Below are positions 26,520-32,000 of a DNA stretch of 32,000 bases, one piece after another. Position 1 is the stretch's first letter. Each line of letters starts with the position of its first letter. A program made the position numbers and the translations under genes. Origin of the DNA: Thermodesulfobacterium commune DSM 2178 (GTDB lineage Bacteria > Desulfobacterota > Thermodesulfobacteria > Thermodesulfobacteriales > Thermodesulfobacteriaceae). The DNA lies in the NCBI RefSeq assembly GCF_000734015.1, contig NZ_CP008796.1, positions 510,001 through 542,000 on the forward strand. The letters run 5' to 3'. The notes under the pieces were generated by a model. The model was not told the DNA's origin. It was given only the letters and a program-made list of their open reading frames with translations, and searched no databases.

Positions 26520-27353
26520 CTATTTTCCACAACTTAAAGCATGCCTTAACCAGCTTAAATTATAATCTAAAAGTTCAGTAAAGCTACCTTGAAATCTGTA
26601 AGTTCCTCCAGACCAAAGTGTTACTACTTTTACGCCTTTACTTTCGAATAAAGAGACATAGTTTTCAAACTCCGGGTCAGTGATAAAAACTATCTTAGGA
26701 CTTCTTTTATGTATGTTTTGAAGCATTTCTGTAAGGGTTTTTGCGCTTGGCTCTCCTTCTTTATGATGGCCTTTAATCAACGTTTTCTCCTTTATTCCAT
26801 AAGGTGTTAACAAATAATTAAACACAGGGTGACCTAATATGTATACCTCTTTATACTGACAATTTTTTAAATCTTTAAATTTGGCTTCTAAAAGGTTAAG
26901 GCTTTTTAGAAATTGTTGCAATCTTTCCCGATAAAAAATCTTATTACCAGGATCTCTTACCTCTAAAAATTGAACCAAATCAGAGGCTAAACGTTTTACC
27001 CTATTTAAATCAAACCACAGATGCGGGTCAATAAACCTTGTTTGACCTCTGGCAAGGCTCAGTAGAGGCTTGTTAGCCCTTATCTGGTAAACTTTGGTAG
27101 CCCAGTGTTCTGTGCCCACGATCACCACAAGGTCTGCATTTCTAATTAAGTTCCATTGAGAAAAGGTAGGCTCAAAACTATGAAAATCTCTTTTTTCAGA
27201 CTGTAGCGTGATAACATGTTGTTTGGTAGAAGCTATTTCTTTAACTATTTTTTCTAACGCCGAGTTTGAAACCACGATATTTAAGCCATAGACTTTTGTA
27301 ATAAAAAAAATCATAAAAAGACATAAACTCGATAAAATTCTAAAGAACCTCAT
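26520..27353 (-). CDS. ZnuA/TroA-family metal-binding periplasmic protein (cluster-9 SBP)
   Basis: The three His positions typical of the family are present (DFHSFEP, IDPHLWFD, ILGHPVFNYL). Signal peptide present. ATG 27353 with GGAGG 5 nt upstream is preferred over the TTG at 27365 in the ORF track. No permease or ATPase genes are adjacent. Confidence 0.7.
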   Translation of the reverse strand: MRFFRILSSLCLFMIFFITKVYGLNIVVSNSALEKIVKEIASTKQHVITLQSEKRDFHSFEPTFSQWNLIRNADLVVIVGTEHWATKVYQIRANKPLLSLARGQTRFIDPHLWFDLNRVKRLASDLVQFLEVRDPGNKIFYRERLQQFLKSLNLLEAKFKDLKNCQYKEVYILGHPVFNYLLTPYGIKEKTLIKGHHKEGEPSAKTLTEMLQNIHKRSPKIVFITDPEFENYVSLFESKGVKVVTLWSGGTYRFQGSFTELLDYNLSWLRHALSCGK

Positions 27354-27455
27354 AAGGGCCTCCAAACGTAAAAAAAAGACTTTTTAATTAAAAATTAACA
27401 GGTTAGTTTAGTCTGTCAATCACTGAAAAGTTTGAAATAAACTGATTAAAACTCG

Positions 27456-27510
27456 AAAAACCCCCTAACTTGATTAAAAATATATTTGAGTAAAAAGTTA
27501 GGGGTTTTTA
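27456..27510 (-). terminator. Candidate rho-independent terminator after the 668-aa gene
   Basis: CCCCTAACTT (27462-27471) pairs with AAGTTAGGGG (27495-27504). The minus-strand RNA continues GUUUUU after the stem. The long 23-nt loop lowers confidence. Confidence 0.4.
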
Positions 27511-27513
27511 TAT

Positions 27514-29520
27514 TTAGTATCCTGTTTCTTCTCTTATTACCATATAAAATACGCTCCATTGAAGATTTTTTTGATTAACAGGGTCTTTGTAGATATCTGC
27601 CCTTCTTATAGACAGATGGTCGTAGTTTCCAACAGAAGAAAGCAAAGCTCTATCCATGGGAGGCGGGTTCCCGTTCCCTGTGGTAATCTGAAGCAGAGAT
27701 TGATGGTCAAAATAAGAAAGATAGGGAGGATAAAGGTCATCACTTTTAGCAGCTATCTTTTGAAAGATTACGATGGTATCCCAAATAGCCCCTACATTTT
27801 TGATGGCCTCATCCCATTTTTTATCGTATATGGCTTTAGCTAAAGAAAGAGCTCCTGTGGTGGCGTTAACGATTTCATCCCTGCTGGGAGAGCCTGAATC
27901 CTTTTCCAAAACCATATATAAAAAAATAAGCGGTACGTTTACTTCTATGGTCTCTGTTTTGTTTCCCCCACCTCCATAGACGTTAACGTCCTTAGAGAAA
28001 AGCCAGGTATCTCCTTTCCCTACCCCTTTCCCTTCATCTGTTCTTCCACAACTTTCATAGGTTGGTCCAAAAGCAGCCCATACCACATAAGGTTCTTCAT
28101 CGTCACAACCTCTTTCCCAGCCTTCGTCATCAGCACAACGATGAGACATAATACCTAACAACCTGATTCTATATTTTTCGTTGGAACCTATTTTTTTAAC
28201 CACTAAACTTCTATCACTCCAATCTCCAATTTTTTCATCTACAGAAAAAACACCAACCCATAACCGAAGTTCCTTTTGATTACTTAATTTGGGCAGGGTT
28301 AACACATAACTGCCTGTATTAGGAATATCTGTGATGGTATGTTGACCACCTTCCCACTTTAAAATTATTTTTACTTTTTGCTGATAGTTTACATTTTCCC
28401 ATCTTATACTATAGGTTTTTCCCTCTTCCCATGTTTCTTCACCATTAGGATAGATTACATGGATTCTTGGTCCTTCAGTAGGCATTTTATCAACTTTACT
28501 GTCAAGCCTTTCTAATGTCTGGATTTTTTCTATCTTTAAAAATTTATTAACCGTTTCCCTTTTAACAGGTTTGGTTTCTTCTATTTTTAAGACTTCTTTG
28601 TCTACAACTTTTTGCTGGATTTTATTTTCGTATTTAACCAGCGTATCAGAAACATTGACCACCAAGTTCTGGGGGACCCTCAAACTTGACAAATTTTTAG
28701 CAAAACTTTCTTCAAACTCAGACTGTCCTCCAGGATAACCCTTTAAATGTCTTTTAAGAAGTCGTGAGACTATCCATAACATCTCAGGATTTTTGGTATT
28801 TTCTATAGCCTCTTCAATCTCTTTTTGTTGTTTTTGAAGTTGATAAGCTACTTTTTTAGTATGGTCGGTAGAAGAAACATAAACCGTGCCTTTGATCAGG
28901 TTAGCACTTTGATTTTTTAGAACTCCTTTAGCCTGTACAAACACAGAAAATTCGCTACCTAATTTTAGCCAGAATTTATACCTACTACTCAACCCTTTTT
29001 CAGGATAAAAGGTTTTTTGACCTAATACTTTATTCTCTATCAAAAGGACAAAAGAAAGGTCTTGAACCTTTACTTGTTGGTTTTGCTCCTGAATCAAAGA
29101 CTGCAAAACATTTTCTATTTTTTGAGGTTCAGAAACAGGCACTTTTTTTAATCGTGGTTTTTGCAAAGAAAGGGTTATGTTTTCAGGAACAAACTTAACC
29201 GAAATTTCTGTTCCTCCTGTTTGTAGAGGAATATAAAACTCAAAGGCTTCCCCTGGTTTTAATTCAACTTTAAACTGAGAAAGCTTGACTGCATCAGAAG
29301 GAACAGGGTCTGTTTCCCCTAAGATTGGTTTTTTAGGAACTAACCATTCAATTTTTAATGGTTTAGCTACCTTTTGCGAGGTAGTCTCAACCTTTTTTAC
29401 CTCTATTTTAGAAGATTTTGTTTGGTCCAATTTCTTTAAGGTTTGAGCCTTAAGAGCTTGAAAGGTTAAACCAAAGAAAAACAACCAAAATAAGCCTAAA
29501 AAAATAGAAAATTTTTTCAT
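27514..29520 (-). CDS. Secreted 668-aa protein of unknown function
   Basis: Signal peptide MKKFSIFLGLFWLFFFGLTFQALKA. Lys/Gln/Glu-rich linkers. A central beta-sandwich-like module (IHVIYPNGEETWEEGKTYSIRWEN..KVKIILKW..TGSYVLTLP). A C-terminal ~215-aa Cys/acidic domain (SHRCADDEGWERGCDDEEPYVVWAAFGPTYESCGRTDEG). GGGAGG RBS; the ATG lies 3 nt after the upstream stop. Confidence 0.85.
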   Translation of the reverse strand: MKKFSIFLGLFWLFFFGLTFQALKAQTLKKLDQTKSSKIEVKKVETTSQKVAKPLKIEWLVPKKPILGETDPVPSDAVKLSQFKVELKPGEAFEFYIPLQTGGTEISVKFVPENITLSLQKPRLKKVPVSEPQKIENVLQSLIQEQNQQVKVQDLSFVLLIENKVLGQKTFYPEKGLSSRYKFWLKLGSEFSVFVQAKGVLKNQSANLIKGTVYVSSTDHTKKVAYQLQKQQKEIEEAIENTKNPEMLWIVSRLLKRHLKGYPGGQSEFEESFAKNLSSLRVPQNLVVNVSDTLVKYENKIQQKVVDKEVLKIEETKPVKRETVNKFLKIEKIQTLERLDSKVDKMPTEGPRIHVIYPNGEETWEEGKTYSIRWENVNYQQKVKIILKWEGGQHTITDIPNTGSYVLTLPKLSNQKELRLWVGVFSVDEKIGDWSDRSLVVKKIGSNEKYRIRLLGIMSHRCADDEGWERGCDDEEPYVVWAAFGPTYESCGRTDEGKGVGKGDTWLFSKDVNVYGGGGNKTETIEVNVPLIFLYMVLEKDSGSPSRDEIVNATTGALSLAKAIYDKKWDEAIKNVGAIWDTIVIFQKIAAKSDDLYPPYLSYFDHQSLLQITTGNGNPPPMDRALLSSVGNYDHLSIRRADIYKDPVNQKNLQWSVFYMVIREETGY

Positions 29521-29523
29521 GAT

Positions 29524-29973
29524 TTACCTCCCAGGATCACATTTTCCAATCCATTTACCCTGAATCTTTTGGACAAACTCTACCTCTTTACTTTTAACTA
29601 CCAACCTCCCTTCAAACTGTTCTCCTTTATAAACCAAAGATCCTTCATTAATCACCTTTCCTCCATCATCTTCTTTGCATTCCATAACCCAAGATACGCT
29701 ATTTCCTTTTATCTCCTTTTGCTTATAGGCACAATTTGGATTGGAAGCACCCAGACTTTGTTCTTGTATGGGGATAAAATTTTCCTTAGTAAGGCATTGA
29801 GTATAAACCTGCTTAGGCAAGTTTATAGGATAAGAGGAAGATTCCATCTCTATCGATATTTCCCATTTTCCCTCTTTTAAATCAATCCCTGGACTTACCC
29901 CTGGCTCTTTTTTACTACAGGCTGTTCCTAAAAGTCCCAAAAAGCACAACATAAAAAGACATAGCTTCTTCAT
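29524..29973 (-). CDS. Small lipoprotein, DUF3617-like
   Basis: MKKLCLFMLCFLGLLGTAC has a lipobox-type signal with Cys at +1, followed by ..GKWEISIEM..YTQCLTKE..NCAYKQKE..WVMECKED... ATG 29973 (GAGG upstream) is preferred over the TTG at 29988. The family call is from memory of the DUF3617 pattern. Confidence 0.7.
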   Translation of the reverse strand: MKKLCLFMLCFLGLLGTACSKKEPGVSPGIDLKEGKWEISIEMESSSYPINLPKQVYTQCLTKENFIPIQEQSLGASNPNCAYKQKEIKGNSVSWVMECKEDDGGKVINEGSLVYKGEQFEGRLVVKSKEVEFVQKIQGKWIGKCDPGR

Positions 29974-30059
29974 GACATAACCTCGCAAATGAAATCAGTC
30001 TATATTTACAGTGTAAATACTTTTTAAAGATAAAGTCAAAACGGATTAAAGCAGATTAG

Positions 30060-30078
30060 AAAACCTTTTTAAGGTTTT
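30060..30078 (-). terminator. Weak hairpin (AAAACCTT/AAGGTTTT, 3-nt loop) with flanking T/A runs, possibly ending the tRNA-Glu transcript
   Basis: 8-bp perfect stem with only 2 G:C pairs, about 130 nt downstream of the tRNA 3' end. U-rich on both strands. Confidence 0.25.
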
Positions 30079-30206
30079 TTCTTTATTTTTAAAATTTTTT
30101 TAGAATTTTTTATAGTTTTATAAAATTATAAAAATGCTTTTTTGAAAAAACAAAAGGTTTTAAATATTAAGGATACGATGAGAGTTGTAGAAAAATTTTT
30201 TTAGAA

Positions 30207-30279
30207 CGCCCCCAACGGGATTCGAACCCGTGTCTCTGGCGTGAGAGGCCAGTATCCTAGTCCACTAGACGATGGGGGC
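30207..30279 (-). tRNA. tRNA-Glu (anticodon CUC)
   Basis: Manual cloverleaf, 73 nt. Acceptor GCCCCCA/TGGGGGC, anticodon stem CTGGC/GCCAG with loop CTCTCAC, T stem ACGGG/CCCGT with loop TTCGAAT. No encoded CCA. Confidence 0.92.
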
Positions 30280-30305
30280 TTTATGAAGTTTTCGATATTT
30301 TAAAA

Positions 30306-30333
30306 AATATAAACGGTTTCCCTCTTTTGTCAA
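30306..30333 (-). promoter_or_regulatory. Candidate sigma70-type promoter for tRNA-Glu (TTGACA-16 nt-TATATT on the minus strand)
   Basis: The reverse strand reads TTGACAAAAGAGGGAAACCGTTTATATT. The -10 hexamer ends 26 nt before the mature tRNA 5' end. Confidence 0.5.
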
Positions 30334-30461
30334 GTTAAATAAATAAAAAAACCGGTTCAAATAGAATGTCTTTTTGCGTTTAGGCTTATTGACTTTTAAG
30401 AATTTTATATTAACTTGCTAAACATAAGGGGGGGGTAAAATCTTTTAGAGGGGTGAGTTAG

Positions 30462-31208
30462 ATGACAGTTCTGTTAGAGATAGAAGACCTATGGGTAGAG
30501 GTTGAAGGGCGAGAAGTTTTAAAGGGTATATCTCTAAAAATACCTGTAGGAGAAACTCATGTAATATTTGGTAGAAACGGTTCAGGGAAAACTTCGTTGT
30601 TGATGACAATTATGGGTTTCCCTACCTATAAGGTAAAACATGGAAAAATCTATTTTAAAGGTGAGGATATAACCGACCTTCCTCCTTATGAAAGAGCTAA
30701 AAGAGGTATAGGGATTATGTTTCAAAGACCTCCTACCATAAAAGGGGTCAAACTAAGGGATATTTTAAAACTCTGTGCCAAGGAAAACAACGTTAAGATC
30801 GAAGAGCTTGCAAGAAGTTTTAACTTTGAAACTTTCCTTGAAAGAGAGGTAAACAAAGGATTTTCAGGGGGAGAACTTAAAAAAAGCGAGCTTCTCCAGC
30901 TTCTTGTTCAAAATCCAGATTTAGTATTACTTGATGAGCCAGAATCTGGGGTTGACGTAGAAAACCTAAACCTTATCGGTCAGATGATAAAAAAACTGTT
31001 GCAAAAAGATACTCCTCACAAACCAAGGACAAAAAGTGGTTTGATCATTACCCATACAGGTTTTATTTTACAGCATGTAGCAGCGGACTTAGGATATGTT
31101 ATCATGGACGGAGAAATCTACTGCACCGGAAATCCTATAGAAATATTTGAGGGTATTCAGAAGTTTGGGTACGAAGGTTGTAAAAACTGTTTAAAAAGAC
31201 TGGCTTAA
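30462..31208 (+). CDS. sufC: Fe-S cluster assembly ATPase SufC
   Basis: 248 aa. Walker A GRNGSGKTS, signature FSGGELKKSE, Walker B LLDEPESGVD, H-loop ITH. Followed by a SufB/D-family gene. Confidence 0.9.
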   Translation: MTVLLEIEDLWVEVEGREVLKGISLKIPVGETHVIFGRNGSGKTSLLMTIMGFPTYKVKHGKIYFKGEDITDLPPYERAKRGIGIMFQRPPTIKGVKLRDILKLCAKENNVKIEELARSFNFETFLEREVNKGFSGGELKKSELLQLLVQNPDLVLLDEPESGVDVENLNLIGQMIKKLLQKDTPHKPRTKSGLIITHTGFILQHVAADLGYVIMDGEIYCTGNPIEIFEGIQKFGYEGCKNCLKRLA

Positions 31209-31224
31209 TAGGAGGAAAAACAAG

Positions 31225-32000
31225 ATGGCTGAAGATAAACTTCTTAAAGAGTTTAAATCTGCAAAAGAAGGTAACATACCTAAGGACCTTTCAGAACTTT
31301 CTGAAGAAGAAAAGGAAAGGTTAAGGTTTTTAGGGCTTGATTCTTCTTTAAAAAGAGAGGGAGAATACGTTCAGATAGACGCTAAACCTGTGGTTTGTAG
31401 AAAACAGGTTGAAGGACTGGAGATACTTCCCATAACAGAAGCGCTTAAAAAATATGATTGGTTATCAGACTATTACTGGAAGCTTTTATCTCCGGAAAAA
31501 GATGAATTTACCAAAGCTACAGCCGAAGACCTTGATGATGGTTATTTTATCAGGGCTCTTCCAGGTTATAAGATAGTCTATCCTGTGCAAACCTGTCTTT
31601 ACATAAGAACTGAAAAGGTAGCTCAAAAGGTACACAACATCGTGATAGTAGAAGAAGGGGCAGAGTTAAACTTGATAACCTCTTGTTCGGTTCATCCTCA
31701 TGTAGAATCTGCTTTTCATATAGGGGTTTCAGAGTTTTTTGTAAAAAAAAGAGCCAAACTTACCTTTAGCATGCTTCATGTCTGGGGAGAGCAAACTATC
31801 GTTAGGCCAAGAACTGGGGTTTTGGTAGAAGAAGAAGGATCCTATATTTCTACCTATGTAAGTCTTTATCCTGTAAAAGACATACAAACCTCTCCGGTTT
31901 GCAGGTTGGTTGGAGAAGGGGCTAAAGCCTCTTTCGCAAGTATCATCGCCAACCAGCCAGGTTCAAAAATAGACATAGGAGGAGAGGTCTGGTTGGAAGC
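31225..32000 (+). CDS. SufB/SufD-family Fe-S assembly scaffold protein (partial, runs off the right edge)
   Basis: ATG 31225 follows AGGAGG. The frame is open to the window end: MAEDKLLKEF...VHNIVIVEEGAELNLITSCS..SEFFVKKRAKLTFSMLHVWG.., a beta-helix repeat pattern typical of UPF0051/SufBD proteins. Position is directly after sufC. Confidence 0.8.
   Translation, partial: MAEDKLLKEFKSAKEGNIPKDLSELSEEEKERLRFLGLDSSLKREGEYVQIDAKPVVCRKQVEGLEILPITEALKKYDWLSDYYWKLLSPEKDEFTKATAEDLDDGYFIRALPGYKIVYPVQTCLYIRTEKVAQKVHNIVIVEEGAELNLITSCSVHPHVESAFHIGVSEFFVKKRAKLTFSMLHVWGEQTIVRPRTGVLVEEEGSYISTYVSLYPVKDIQTSPVCRLVGEGAKASFASIIANQPGSKIDIGGEVWLE

Noticed and set aside
27384-27398. AT-rich inverted repeat TTAATT-AAA-AATTAA upstream of the ZnuA-like gene as a Zur/Fur box
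   Set aside because: The arms are only 6 bp and purely A/T. Such palindromes are expected by chance in this AT-rich spacer, and it does not match known Zur/Fur consensus sequences.
29989-30206. tRNA-Glu-adjacent region as an integration site (att) for the lipoprotein/668-aa unit
   Set aside because: I could not find a duplicated tRNA 3' fragment or an integrase within the window. The composition of the unit looks native. The idea remains only a check suggested under the operon finding.

Overview
Low-GC bacterial chromosomal window (about one-third G+C by eye), densely coded. The codon style is A/T-ending and purine-rich. The gene set (Lpt, fused SecDF, RpoN, SufBC, c-di-AMP module) suggests a thermophilic diderm anaerobe, but I cannot name the organism from sequence alone. 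Most of the window is ordinary housekeeping. (1) 1-7893, minus strand: a co-directional string ftsH-folP-cdaA-cdaR-glmM, an unannotated 45-codon CxxC membrane peptide, a NapH-like polyferredoxin, rlmI-like, and a TauE-like gene truncated at the left edge. (2) 8102-13323, plus strand: lptA-lptB-rpoN, then a HAD-like protein, a rhomboid protease and an SDH/ClpP-fold protease. A macro-domain gene converges on this block, with tRNA-Arg(CCG) next to it. (3) 14004-21088: a chemoreceptor island. It holds one intact double-Cache MCP and one sCache MCP split by an IS256-family element with a perfect 8-bp target duplication. It also holds a flavodiiron-core (ODP-like) di-iron protein followed by a transmembrane-less receptor. 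(4) 21096-27353: yfcH-like, uppP broken by a frameshift in an A9 tract, fmt, secDF, and an orphan ZnuA-like binding protein. (5) 27514-29973: a two-gene operon of unknown function, encoding a small lipoprotein and a 668-aa secreted protein. (6) tRNA-Glu(CUC), sufC and the start of a sufB/D-family gene. I found no CRISPR array, prophage, recognisable defence system or toxin-antitoxin pair, and no convincing previously undescribed multi-gene system. The items most worth a second look are these: two sharply bounded blocks of foreign-looking G-ending codon usage (the 3' two-thirds of the IS transposase and the signalling tip of the disrupted MCP); the ODP-like/soluble-receptor pair; the uncharacterised lipoprotein plus 668-aa secreted-protein operon with a palindrome in its promoter region; the homopolymer frameshift in uppP; and the small CxxC peptide coupled to the polyferredoxin. 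All family assignments rest on motif recognition by eye, with no database search.
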